64,000 nucleotides of DNA from Candidatus Omnitrophota bacterium (GTDB taxonomy: Bacteria; Omnitrophota; Gorgyraeia; Zapsychrales; JANLHA01): assembly GCA_029560465.1 (NCBI GenBank), contig JAKQKX010000090.1, forward strand, positions 8,189 through 72,188, written 5' to 3'. A program made the translations under genes and the position numbers. Positions 48,260 to 58,223 of the stretch are shown here, piece after piece. A model generated the notes under the pieces. That model was not told the DNA's origin. It did not search any database and worked only from the letters and a program-made list of their open reading frames with translations. Position 1 is the first letter of the stretch, and each line of letters opens with the position of its first letter.

Positions 48260-49251
48260 TTTTTTAAAATAACATCTCTTGATGACGTTATTTCAAAGGC
48301 ATTTAATACGTCTTCCACGGAGATGGCATCCATACAACAGTGCGTCCCCTGACGGCGGGGGTTCTGGCAGACTGGGCATAGACTTTTACGCTCCACAACG
48401 CAGAAAGACCGCGACCACGGCCCGTAGAGCCGGGGATCTGTTGGGCCGAACAACGCCACGGTCGGGACATCGAGATAACTCGCCAAATGCATCGGAGCGC
48501 TGTCATTCACCAGGGCCGCGCAACTCTTCTCCAACACCACCGCGCAATGAATCAGGCTGATGCGACCACAGAAATTCACTGCCCGCTGTTCCATCCGCTG
48601 GCAAATCGCATCTGCCAGGGCGCGGTCATTCTTATCTCCGATAAACACAACCTGGACGGCAAACCGTTTAATCAACCCGTCCGCCAAACAGCCGAATTTT
48701 TCTTCCGGCCACCGCTTACTGGAATCCGCGGCCCCCGGAGCGATAACCACATAAGGTTTCCGGTCTCCGATTTCGTTACAAATCATATTCGTGGCCGACA
48801 AACGCTCCTGGGGAGGGACATAAAGAGCGCAACGTTCCCTGGGCTTCTCTTCATACATATAGATCGCCCTCAACCGGCGGAGATGCTGCTGTCGCATATG
48901 CTCCCGGGCATTCCGTTTTAAAGACGGCGGCGTCACATAATGCGTGGACACCAAAAACGGGATGACGGTATTCCTCAAATCAACCACAAAATCATAATTA
49001 TTTTTACGCAACTGAGCCAACCAGGCGATCATCTGCAAGAAAGATTGTTTTTTATGATACAGGAGCACCTGGTGAATATACGGATTCCCTTTAAAAAGGG
49101 CTTCCACTTTAGGCCCAACAACGACTGACAGCTGCGCTTTCGGGAAATCCTGATGGAGGATGTCAATAACCGGGAACGTCAGGACAACATCTCCGATATT
49201 GCTCAACGAAATAACCAATATTTTATTTATTTTCGACTTGGCAATATGCAT
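48256..49251 (-). CDS. LPS heptosyltransferase (glycosyltransferase family 9)
   Basis: GT9 signature (SNIGDVVLTFPV ... NDSAPMHLAS). Overlaps the downstream GT9 gene by 4 nt. Confidence 0.85.
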   Translation of the reverse strand: MHIAKSKINKILVISLSNIGDVVLTFPVIDILHQDFPKAQLSVVVGPKVEALFKGNPYIHQVLLYHKKQSFLQMIAWLAQLRKNNYDFVVDLRNTVIPFLVSTHYVTPPSLKRNAREHMRQQHLRRLRAIYMYEEKPRERCALYVPPQERLSATNMICNEIGDRKPYVVIAPGAADSSKRWPEEKFGCLADGLIKRFAVQVVFIGDKNDRALADAICQRMEQRAVNFCGRISLIHCAVVLEKSCAALVNDSAPMHLASYLDVPTVALFGPTDPRLYGPWSRSFCVVERKSLCPVCQNPRRQGTHCCMDAISVEDVLNAFEITSSRDVILKN

Positions 49252-49463
49252 TCAACGGAATTTCTTTTAAGAGCCTCGGCCCTTTGACATAATTAAGAAG
49301 ACACCCTCGCCAGCAACCGCCTGCCAGACCAAGGACGCAACACATTCATTGTAGTACGATTTCAACGGAAGTCCATGAAAGTTGTGTCATTGTTGCACAC
49401 TGTCTCTGTCAAAAGTCTCCCGTCCTGCCCTTCGCGCTAAAATGGGAAAAGAACGACTGTCCT

Positions 49464-50492
49464 TTATCCGGGAAAGAGCGCCCTGACGGCGGCCATCACA
49501 TCGTCAACAGAGACCGCCTGCATGCAAACATTGTCAGGGCATTCCAGAAAATAGCAAGGTTTACGATTGCACCCCACATCCTTCTGCAAAACGCTAAATT
49601 TCCCTAGGCCCCTGGGGCCGGTGAGCTCCGGGCGCGTAGGGCCGAAAATCGCGACTCCGGGTGTTCCCACCGAACTGGCGATATGCATCGGGCCGGAATC
49701 GGCGGAAATCACCAAAGACGCCCGCTTCATAAGCGCGACCAGTTGTTTAAGATTCGTCTCCCCGGCCAAGACCACCGGGGCCCCCTCCGACCTCCGGCTA
49801 ATTTCACAGGCTGCCTGCACATCTTTCTCCCCTCCGGGGATGACAATCCGGGCCGGGCATTCCCGGCTTAAACGATTCATCAACTCGACAAAATGGCTGA
49901 CCGGCCATTTTTTAAGGTCCCAGTTAGCGCCGACATGAACGATAAGCACGCGGTCCTTCCCGGAAATTTGATGACGCCCCAAAAGGTCGGCCACCTGGCG
50001 CTGCGCCTCCGGGTCAACCCGCAATTCACACGTCCGGTCCAGGACCGGAATCCCGTAATGTTCCACGACATAAAGGTAATAATCCGACCGATGCGGCAAG
50101 GCGGGACATTCCGGGACCTTGTGCGTCAGAAAACGCCCCCGGTTTTTCACATCGTAACCAACCCGCTCTTTGATGCCAGCTAAAAAAACAAGCGCGGCTC
50201 GCGTCCAGGACCGGTGCAGAAGAAACGCGGCATCGAAATGACGCCCCCGGAGCGCCAAGACAATAGAAATTTTACCCCACAAGCCGCGGTGCCGCCCCCG
50301 TTCATCATAAATAATGACTTCATCCAGATAAGGGCAACATTCCAAAACAGCTTTCACTCTGGGCACGGCCATACAGGAGAGGAACGCGCCAGGCCATCGC
50401 GTCTTGATCGCCTTAAAAACCGGAGTCGCGAACACCGTGTCGCCAACCCAGTTGACATTAACGACCAAAATTTTCTTCATGCGCCATTCCAT
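49464..50492 (-). CDS. LPS heptosyltransferase (glycosyltransferase family 9)
   Basis: GT9 signature (VNWVGDTVFATPV ... ADSGPMHIASS). Confidence 0.85.
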   Translation of the reverse strand: MEWRMKKILVVNVNWVGDTVFATPVFKAIKTRWPGAFLSCMAVPRVKAVLECCPYLDEVIIYDERGRHRGLWGKISIVLALRGRHFDAAFLLHRSWTRAALVFLAGIKERVGYDVKNRGRFLTHKVPECPALPHRSDYYLYVVEHYGIPVLDRTCELRVDPEAQRQVADLLGRHQISGKDRVLIVHVGANWDLKKWPVSHFVELMNRLSRECPARIVIPGGEKDVQAACEISRRSEGAPVVLAGETNLKQLVALMKRASLVISADSGPMHIASSVGTPGVAIFGPTRPELTGPRGLGKFSVLQKDVGCNRKPCYFLECPDNVCMQAVSVDDVMAAVRALFPG

Positions 50493-50533
50493 CCTGCTCC
50501 GGACTTCCGTAAACCCGGCGGCTATCCTGTATT

Positions 50534-51643
50534 TTACGCTGATAAAATCTTTTCGTACATCTTGACGGTATCCCGCGCCATCTGTTCCGCAGAATATTCC
50601 CGTTCAATAAACGCGCGCGCCCGCCGCCCCATTGCCTCCGCGTCCTGGGGGTGCTCCAGCAAATCGAGGACCGCCTCAGCAAGCTGCCCGCTGTTCCGAG
50701 GTTCCACCAGGCGGCCGGTGCGGCCGTCTTCAATAAGGCTGGCCAACCCCCCCACGCGGGAAGCGACCACCGGGACTCCGGCGGCCTGGGCTTCCATAGC
50801 CGACAGGCCTAACCCCTCCTGCAAGGACGGCAGGATAAAAATATCCAGCATCGGCAGAATGTCAGCGGTCCGGTTTACGGATGGGAGAAAAATCACCCTC
50901 TGTTCAAGCCCCAATCCGGCGGCCTGTTTTTTCAATGACGCCTCCATCTTCCCCTCCCCAACGATCAAAAGACGGGCATCGGGGAAGCGCGCCAACACGG
51001 CCGGCATGGCGTCGATAAGCACCGCGTGCCCCTTAACGTCGGACAACCGGGCCACGATCCCCAACAAAGGGCCGCCGGGAAGCTGCCACGCCCGCCGCAG
51101 AGCCCGCTTTTCATCCTCACTCTTCAAAGGGAACGCATCGAGTTCCACCCCGTTGGGGATAAGGGCAATCCGCTCATCGGCAACGCGCAAATCGTTCTTA
51201 AGGTGCTGCTGGACAGCCGGGCTGATCGCGATGACCGCCTTCCCCCAGCAAGGGAAAATTATCCGGTGCCAACGCGGTCTAAAAAAGCCATGGCAAGTTG
51301 AACAATAGGCGGCGGAAGTCACCTTCGAAAGCAAGTCCCCCATCACCTGCGTCACCCGGGTCTGGGCGTGCACGATATCAATCGATTCTTGACAAATCAT
51401 CCGCCTCAACCTGAACACCGCCGTGTACAAACGCGGGTCTACCTCACATTTTATCCGGACATTCAACGTCACGAGGCTAACGCCCAACGCGGCAAAATCC
51501 TCTTGCCGGTCCCCGCCCGAAGAAGCGACGGCAACGGAGAACCCCAACACCTTGAGCCGCCGGCTCAAGGTAAACAGATACGAAGTAATCCCTCCGGTAT
51601 TGAGATGCGTTGTCAACAACAGAACTTTCCTGGGGACGCCCAT
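50534..51643 (-). CDS. glycosyltransferase family 4 (RfaG/WaaG-like LPS core glycosyltransferase)
   Basis: GT-B fold with the EX7E-like C-terminal motif (PSLQEGLGLSAMEAQAAGVPVVAS). Confidence 0.82.
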   Translation of the reverse strand: MGVPRKVLLLTTHLNTGGITSYLFTLSRRLKVLGFSVAVASSGGDRQEDFAALGVSLVTLNVRIKCEVDPRLYTAVFRLRRMICQESIDIVHAQTRVTQVMGDLLSKVTSAAYCSTCHGFFRPRWHRIIFPCWGKAVIAISPAVQQHLKNDLRVADERIALIPNGVELDAFPLKSEDEKRALRRAWQLPGGPLLGIVARLSDVKGHAVLIDAMPAVLARFPDARLLIVGEGKMEASLKKQAAGLGLEQRVIFLPSVNRTADILPMLDIFILPSLQEGLGLSAMEAQAAGVPVVASRVGGLASLIEDGRTGRLVEPRNSGQLAEAVLDLLEHPQDAEAMGRRARAFIEREYSAEQMARDTVKMYEKILSA

Positions 51644-51719
51644 GCCCTCCTCCTAAAAACGATCCGACCAAACACCCCGCCTCAAATGGAACCCCTTTTG
51701 AAACCGGGGAAACAGGACA

Positions 51720-53822
51720 TTATTCTTTCATGAGACGGACGACTTGCTCCACGATCTCCTCTGGGGAGATCTCTTTCATGCAGGCGTGCGTCTTGATGCG
51801 GCATTTCGGACTGTAACAGGGGGCGCACGGCAGTTTTCTCTGAAAAACCACGCAACGGTCCGACGGAGGCAAATGCCGGAACGCGGCTGTTGGCCCGAAC
51901 AAAGCGACAAACGGCGTTCCCATGGCCGCCGCTATATGCATCGGCGCTGAATCCGGAGTCACGAACACCCGGCAACGGCTTATTAAAGCCGCCATTTCCA
52001 TGATGTCCGTTTTTCCGATAAAGTTAGCCGGCTTGGATTTTGTCAAGCGCAGGAGCTCCAGCCCGGCGGCAAAATCCTTCTCAACACCCGTGATAACAAC
52101 CCGGATATTCCTCGCCGCCAAAAGGTCGCACAACCGCGCCGCATACTCCAGCGGCCAATTCTTCGTCATCCACCGCCAGGATGCGGCCAGATGAATACCC
52201 ACAACATTGTGTTGGGGGGCCAGCCATTCCGACTCAAAAAGCTCTTGAATCCGTTTGAAATCTTTTTCAGCCGGCCACAGCTCCAGCCGCACGTTTTCCG
52301 GCGGGGCTGGAATATCCAGGCCCCTTAAGACCAGGAATTGATGCGGAACCGGGGGCAAAGGAGCGTCCGGCAACGGCACCGAACGGTTCAGCAAGAACCC
52401 CCACTTCCTGTTGTAACCGTACCGTTCCCGGGCAAAACTGCACAACGCCAAAACATGGCTCAGCCGGTTGTTTTGAAAATCAATCACCTTATCAAATTTG
52501 TTCCGCGCCAACCTCCGCCCCCATTTAAGGACAGACCACAGCCTCCGATAGCCACGCCGGGCATCCATCACAATCAGTTCATCAATATAAGGGCACCGCT
52601 GCAGGATGACCCGGGACTCCTCTCCCACGAGACAGACAATCCTGGCCTGGGGAAATCTCTCCCTCACCGCTTTAAGAGCCGCGGTAGCTAAAACAACATC
52701 CCCCATCGCGCTAATTTTTATCACCAAAATATTAAGCGTTTTTAAAAGCTCTTTATAAACCGCCAACGTTTTCTTGGCCATATGCGCGAGTGTATACTGT
52801 GCCAACACCTTCTTTTTCGCCTGGACCGCGATCTCCTGTGCGAAAGGGCGGTCCTGCAAGAGGCGGATGACCGCCTGTGCCATCCCATCAGGATCTTTCG
52901 GGAGGACCAAAAGCCCGGTCTTCTCATGTTCAATAATCTCCACCACGCCCCCCACCTTCGTGGCCACGACCGGGACATCGGCCGCTTGGGCCTCAATGAT
53001 GACCCGTCCAAACGCCTCAGGAACGGTGGAAGACAGGACCAACACATCCGTCCGCGCTAAAAGTTGCGGAATATCCTTGCGGGTTCCCAAAAATTCCACT
53101 GTGTCCGTTAACCCCAGCCGCCGGGTGAGGGCTTCCAGCTCATGGCGGTAACTGTCCTTGTTGCGGGGGGCATCCCCAATGACCCATACTTTGACGTAAG
53201 GCATGATGCGCACGACCTTAGCCATGGCTTTCAAGAAATACGTGTGCCCCTTCAGGGGGGTCAGCCGGCCTATGATAGCGATCGTAAAGCTCGTCTTCAT
53301 TTTTTGAGAATCATGCGGCAGGTTGAATCTGTCCAAATCCACGCTACGGGGAATGCAGCGGATATGGTCCGCCTGGACATCAAAATCTTCGATCATGTGC
53401 CGGCCGATCACCTCGCTGGGGACAATCACATATTTTCCCCAGCCCATCACCCGGCTTAAGAGATGGGTTGAATAATACCCGTGACAGGTTGTGATAAATG
53501 CGGCCTCCGTTCCCCGGCAAGCCATAAAAGCAATCCAGGCGGGGACCCGGGACCGGGCGTGGACGATATCGATCCTTTCGTCAACAATGATGCGCTGCAA
53601 CGCCTTGGCGCACCGCCAGGCGCTCAAGAAAGATTTTTTATGTACCGGAAGCTGATAATGGGTGATTCCCATATTTTCGAGGCTCTGGACCAACGCTCCG
53701 CCGTTAGAAACCACGACCGGGGTGTGCCCGTGTCCTAAAAGATATTTAGCCAGGTCAACGGTCCCTGTTTCCACACCGCCGACATTCAGTTCCGGCAAAA
53801 CTTGTAATACCCGCAGATTCAT
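51720..53822 (-). CDS. fusion protein: N-terminal GT4 glycosyltransferase + C-terminal GT9 heptosyltransferase
   Basis: Residues ~1-370 are GT4 (EAFGRVIIEAQAADVPVVATKVGG). Residues ~375-700 are GT9 (ILVIKISAMGDVVLATAAL ... PDSAPMHIAAAMG). Single uninterrupted 700-aa ORF. Confidence 0.8.
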   Translation of the reverse strand: MNLRVLQVLPELNVGGVETGTVDLAKYLLGHGHTPVVVSNGGALVQSLENMGITHYQLPVHKKSFLSAWRCAKALQRIIVDERIDIVHARSRVPAWIAFMACRGTEAAFITTCHGYYSTHLLSRVMGWGKYVIVPSEVIGRHMIEDFDVQADHIRCIPRSVDLDRFNLPHDSQKMKTSFTIAIIGRLTPLKGHTYFLKAMAKVVRIMPYVKVWVIGDAPRNKDSYRHELEALTRRLGLTDTVEFLGTRKDIPQLLARTDVLVLSSTVPEAFGRVIIEAQAADVPVVATKVGGVVEIIEHEKTGLLVLPKDPDGMAQAVIRLLQDRPFAQEIAVQAKKKVLAQYTLAHMAKKTLAVYKELLKTLNILVIKISAMGDVVLATAALKAVRERFPQARIVCLVGEESRVILQRCPYIDELIVMDARRGYRRLWSVLKWGRRLARNKFDKVIDFQNNRLSHVLALCSFARERYGYNRKWGFLLNRSVPLPDAPLPPVPHQFLVLRGLDIPAPPENVRLELWPAEKDFKRIQELFESEWLAPQHNVVGIHLAASWRWMTKNWPLEYAARLCDLLAARNIRVVITGVEKDFAAGLELLRLTKSKPANFIGKTDIMEMAALISRCRVFVTPDSAPMHIAAAMGTPFVALFGPTAAFRHLPPSDRCVVFQRKLPCAPCYSPKCRIKTHACMKEISPEEIVEQVVRLMKE

Positions 53823-53849
53823 TTCTGGATGGATTCAAACCACGAATGG

Positions 53850-55829
53850 TTACAGGATCCGCTTCAGCCCCACTCTGACGACGGAGCTATCATCAAGAAC
53901 GTGAAGCCGGATCTTATTTTTGACAAGGTTATAAACAGCCTGTTTCAAATGCCTGACATCCGTTGACAGAATATACCCCTGGTCTGCCAGGACATCGATA
54001 AACCGGTGATGCTTCGATTCCTTCGCCCCCAACATAAAACGGCTCTGAATCGGAAAAACAACCGCCGGTTTCCCGGAACAGGCGGCTTCGGAAATCATGG
54101 AAACGCTGTCCCCAGACACAATCACCATGTCAGACAACCCCAGGATTCCCCCAACGGCTTCGGAGATATTATTACGGTTCGCCAGGATCAAAAGGCGACA
54201 GCGGGGAAAATGCTTCAGATGCCGGTGGATAAGGCTTTCGACCTTTTCCGAAGTCCGTCGGGACGTTGTGAGCAGGATATCCGCGTTCATCTCTTCCGAC
54301 ACCTCAACCAGTTGATGAAGCATAATTTTTACCTTTTTGACGGACAACACGCATTCTTTCGTGTCTCCGCCCAATAAAACCCCGATCTTAAAATTATCCC
54401 CTATTTTGAGGTGAGAAAAATGTTTCAGCAGTTTTTCGGCATTGTCCTGTAAATACTCCGCGTTGATCAGGTTCAAGGCGCCTTTGGTGAAGATCACATT
54501 GGAATCATCGTAACTGTTATTGTCCCACCGCCGGTCATGCTCCGGAAGAATCACGAGGTTGAAACGGCGGACATTCAGGACCCCGGGTTTCAAAATCGAC
54601 ACATTTTTCGCATACTGTTCTGTTGCCAGCATAAAATTAATATAAGCGGCCGCCGAACCGCACGAGACCACAAAATCTGGTTTAACGCTAAAAAGCGACT
54701 TGAAAGATTCCGGAGTCAGGCACCATTTTAAAAGCGGCCGGCGCAACAACGTCAAAAGTCCTCCGTTCACGAAACTGAGCAACACCACAATCCTGGTGGC
54801 CAATCTGTTCCGATAGACCACGTCAACGGTATTAATCCGGCATTCACGCCCATCCTTTTTAAAATTCTCTTCCAACGCCTTGGCCACGGCTTGCGACTGC
54901 CGCAAATGACCCGTACGCCCGTCATGCAGAAGAACGGCATCCGATACGGAGGAATATTTCCATATTTTATAAAACCACATATATTCCTCCGGGGTCTCAC
55001 GGATATAATTTTCCATGATCCCGGCGATACGCGCCAAATTGTCCGGCAAGTCTTTTTTCAAATCTCCGGAGGAAACCAGCGTCAATTTCTTATGAATCGT
55101 CAGGCGATGATGTGTTCCACCCTCACGCCTGATGATGGCAAAACAAATCGGGGTCCCGAACTTCAAGGCGATCCGCACCGCCCCGACCGACAGGCTGGCT
55201 TCCCGGCTGAAAAACGAAACCCTCTCGCCGGACCTGCCCCCGTGGTCGACAACCATAGCGACGATTTCATTCCGCAGCAGACTCTTCACAAGCTCCCGGG
55301 TTCCCGTCCCCCGTTCCAAAACAATAGACCCCCCGCAACTGCGATAGAAATTTAAAAGGGCATCCAGCCGGGAAAAACGGGGCTGCGGGTTGACCATGAC
55401 TTTATACACACCGCCCAGCGTCGAACTAGCCAAATTGGCCAATTCCCAGCTGCCGCTGTGCATAGCCAGCAGGATGACGCCTTTCCCTTCCTTCAGCGCG
55501 TCTTCAACATGCTCTCGCCCCTCAACCGCGACATGTTCTTTGAAAGACTTCGGCGTCATGGCCGGCATCCGCAGAAGCTCAACCATATTTTGTCCGAAAT
55601 TCATAAAAACTTTTTGAGCGATATCCCGGATTTCTTCCGGGGTTTTCGTTGACGAAAAAGCCATTTTGAGGTTCAGCAGAACCTGGACCCGATGCCGGGC
55701 GTCAAAGCAGTACGCCACCCGGCCCAGGAAACGGCCCAGCAACAGCGCCGTTTCAAGCGGAAGATGACGGACAAGGACTCCAGAAATTTTAACGACAATG
55801 TAAAGTGCGTAGTCGAGCACAGAGATCAT
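53850..55829 (-). CDS. fusion protein: lipid A biosynthesis (Kdo)2-lipid IVA acyltransferase LpxL/HtrB-like domain + C-terminal DUF1022 (ELM1-like GT-B) domain
   Basis: N-terminal ~290 aa is LPLAT/LpxL-like (YCFDARHRVQVLLNLKMAF, HSGSWE). C-terminal ~360 aa starts VLLHDGRTGHLRQSQAVAKAL, resembling the DUF1022/ELM1 family N-terminus. Confidence 0.75.
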   Translation of the reverse strand: MISVLDYALYIVVKISGVLVRHLPLETALLLGRFLGRVAYCFDARHRVQVLLNLKMAFSSTKTPEEIRDIAQKVFMNFGQNMVELLRMPAMTPKSFKEHVAVEGREHVEDALKEGKGVILLAMHSGSWELANLASSTLGGVYKVMVNPQPRFSRLDALLNFYRSCGGSIVLERGTGTRELVKSLLRNEIVAMVVDHGGRSGERVSFFSREASLSVGAVRIALKFGTPICFAIIRREGGTHHRLTIHKKLTLVSSGDLKKDLPDNLARIAGIMENYIRETPEEYMWFYKIWKYSSVSDAVLLHDGRTGHLRQSQAVAKALEENFKKDGRECRINTVDVVYRNRLATRIVVLLSFVNGGLLTLLRRPLLKWCLTPESFKSLFSVKPDFVVSCGSAAAYINFMLATEQYAKNVSILKPGVLNVRRFNLVILPEHDRRWDNNSYDDSNVIFTKGALNLINAEYLQDNAEKLLKHFSHLKIGDNFKIGVLLGGDTKECVLSVKKVKIMLHQLVEVSEEMNADILLTTSRRTSEKVESLIHRHLKHFPRCRLLILANRNNISEAVGGILGLSDMVIVSGDSVSMISEAACSGKPAVVFPIQSRFMLGAKESKHHRFIDVLADQGYILSTDVRHLKQAVYNLVKNKIRLHVLDDSSVVRVGLKRIL

Positions 55830-56871
55830 CTTTCCCTTTTGTAATTTTAATTTCCATATTTAAAACCAGGACCTTTAGATTAGAGGCCAAACACTGGACA
55901 TCCTCAGTCCATTTGACCGCGTCTTTCGCAGTCATAATAATCACGCCGATACCCTGTTCCTGACAGCTCCGGGCGACGGACTCCACCTCTCCGGCAGAAA
56001 AATGGTGGTGGTCCGGGAAAAATTTCGTATCCTGAATAACGGCCCCCAACCCGCCGACTGTTTTCTCAAAAGACCGGGGATCTCCGATGCCACTGACCAG
56101 GCACACGGATTGGCCCTTGATGGCGGAAAGGGCCATCCCAGGCTGGGCCATCCCCAGGCAGGAAAAAGACACCGGCTGATGAACCGTTTCAACAAAGACA
56201 GCGGCCGGATTCCACGCTTTCAGGCGGTCCTTTAAAATATCCAGACGCCCTGTGACCTGATCCGTCTTCGTCAAGACGAAGACATCCGCCCGGCGAAGAG
56301 ATGATAAAGGTTCTCGCAACGAACCGCGGGGCAAAAGGAACCCGTTGCCAAAAGGGTCCGTGGCGTCAACAAGCACAATATTAAGGTCCCTCCTGACCCC
56401 CCTCTGCTGAAAGCCGTCATCCAGGATGAACACATCCACGTCATGCTGTGACAGCAGCTGTTGAGCGCTTTTCCGGCGGTCCCGCCCCGTCCTGACCGGG
56501 ACTCCCGGGAACCTCTTTTTCAGCATCAGGGCCTCATCGCTTCCAGGGGAAAATGATCCGCCTCTCCCTGCAGAGGGCATATACCCCCGGGTCAGGATCG
56601 CCGGGCGGACATTCTGTTCCAGAAAATACCGCGCCAGCCACTCGACAAAGGGCGTTTTCCCGACCCCGCCCCACGTGATATTCCCAACGCTGACCACCGG
56701 CTTCCCCAACGCCCTTTCCGGTAAAAGCCGGCGCTCGTAAGCAACGCACCAAACCTGGACCGCGAAAGCGTAGCCGACCGACAAGACCCGCAATGCCCAT
56801 CGCATGCCCGCCGCCCCAAGGCCATGCCTCCGGCCGGTTATCACTTCATATAAAAACAGACGGAACGACAT
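55789..56871 (-). CDS. lpxK: tetraacyldisaccharide 4'-kinase
   Basis: P-loop VGNITWGGVGKTP and LpxK family core. Start uncertain (possibly an internal M). Confidence 0.88.
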   Translation of the reverse strand: MSFRLFLYEVITGRRHGLGAAGMRWALRVLSVGYAFAVQVWCVAYERRLLPERALGKPVVSVGNITWGGVGKTPFVEWLARYFLEQNVRPAILTRGYMPSAGRGGSFSPGSDEALMLKKRFPGVPVRTGRDRRKSAQQLLSQHDVDVFILDDGFQQRGVRRDLNIVLVDATDPFGNGFLLPRGSLREPLSSLRRADVFVLTKTDQVTGRLDILKDRLKAWNPAAVFVETVHQPVSFSCLGMAQPGMALSAIKGQSVCLVSGIGDPRSFEKTVGGLGAVIQDTKFFPDHHHFSAGEVESVARSCQEQGIGVIIMTAKDAVKWTEDVQCLASNLKVLVLNMEIKITKGKDDLCARLRTLHCR

Positions 56872-56918
56872 CCCGAATATTTTACTATAGTTTGATGATA
56901 TTTGTTTTAATATTTATA

Positions 56919-58187
56919 TTATTTCAAAATAAGAGGGGAAATCAGGGCAAGGGATTTTTCCGTGGCTCCCCGTTGGGCGAAGACAACCTCCCGGGCCCGC
57001 TGGCCAAGGGCCATCCGCCTGTCCGGGGCCCCCAGCAAAACGCGCATGGCTTCTTCCAGTTCTTCAGGGCCGCGGACTTGCACAAGAGCTTGGGAACCCT
57101 TAAAAATCTCAACGACACGCTCAAAATTGTCCATAGCCGGGCCCACGAGAACCGGCTTCCCGTATGCGGCCGGTTCTATAATATTCTGCCCTCCCCGGCC
57201 CACCAGGCTTTTACCGATAAAGACCACGGTTGCTAAAGCGTAAAGCCTCCGCAAATGGCCGATCGTGTCCACGACAAGCACCTCGTCCGCTTCTATCAAC
57301 CGCCGGTCCTTCCGCCGGCTGAACAAAACCGGACGACAACCACGCGCTTCAACCAGGGCGCAGACTTCAGAGGTCCGTTCAATATGCCGGGGGGCGAGGA
57401 TCAGCCTCAGGTGAGGAAAAGTCTTCTTAAGCGCTGTGAAACATGTCAGGACGATCTCCTCTTCCCCGGGGTGCGTGCTTCCGGCCACCCAGACATCGTC
57501 TCGGGCATCATACCCCGCGCCCTCCCGGGAGTAGCCGTCTTCATCGGACGCTTCATCAAATTTCACGTTGCCCAGCACATGCACCCGGTCCGCCGGCGCA
57601 CCGAGCAGGCGGATGCGCCCGGCGTCCGCCTCGGTCTGCACGCAAAAAAGCGTCACATGTTTGAGAATACCACGGGTCAAGACCGCCACCGCCCGGTAAC
57701 GCGTAAAAGATTTGCGCGAAACTCGGCCATTAAAAACGACCACCGGGACATGCTGCCCGGCGAGCCTCATGAACAGGTTGGGCCAAATTTCGGTTTCCGC
57801 GGTAACGTAAAGGGATGGACGGATCCGCCGGATATAGTGCCTCACAACCCAGCTTAAATCCAGAGGGGCATAAAGGACCCGGCAATCCGACCCCAGCCGG
57901 GAAAACGCCAGGTGATACCCCGTCTGCGTCACGGTCGTGAGTACAATCTTAACGCCGGGAACACGGGCGGGCAAGAGCCGGATAAAATGGCTCACCGCCT
58001 GGACCTCCCCGACGCTCACCGCGTGAACCCAAACCACGGGCCCCGCCGAGCAAAACCGGGCCACGTCCTCCGGCACCGGCCCCAGCCGGGAGACAAGCGC
58101 GCGGTGCCATTTCCCTTTAAGCAACAAAGACGGCACATAAAAAACCGCCGCCAGGATAAAAACCAGGTTATAAAACCATGCGATCAT
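56919..58187 (-). CDS. waaA: 3-deoxy-D-manno-octulosonic acid transferase
   Basis: N-terminal TM anchor, GT30 family motifs (VWVHAVSVGE). Confidence 0.9.
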   Translation of the reverse strand: MIAWFYNLVFILAAVFYVPSLLLKGKWHRALVSRLGPVPEDVARFCSAGPVVWVHAVSVGEVQAVSHFIRLLPARVPGVKIVLTTVTQTGYHLAFSRLGSDCRVLYAPLDLSWVVRHYIRRIRPSLYVTAETEIWPNLFMRLAGQHVPVVVFNGRVSRKSFTRYRAVAVLTRGILKHVTLFCVQTEADAGRIRLLGAPADRVHVLGNVKFDEASDEDGYSREGAGYDARDDVWVAGSTHPGEEEIVLTCFTALKKTFPHLRLILAPRHIERTSEVCALVEARGCRPVLFSRRKDRRLIEADEVLVVDTIGHLRRLYALATVVFIGKSLVGRGGQNIIEPAAYGKPVLVGPAMDNFERVVEIFKGSQALVQVRGPEELEEAMRVLLGAPDRRMALGQRAREVVFAQRGATEKSLALISPLILK

Positions 58188-58223
58188 ATTCTCGTTTCCC
58201 GGCCCCGCCGGCCGGAAGCCGCT

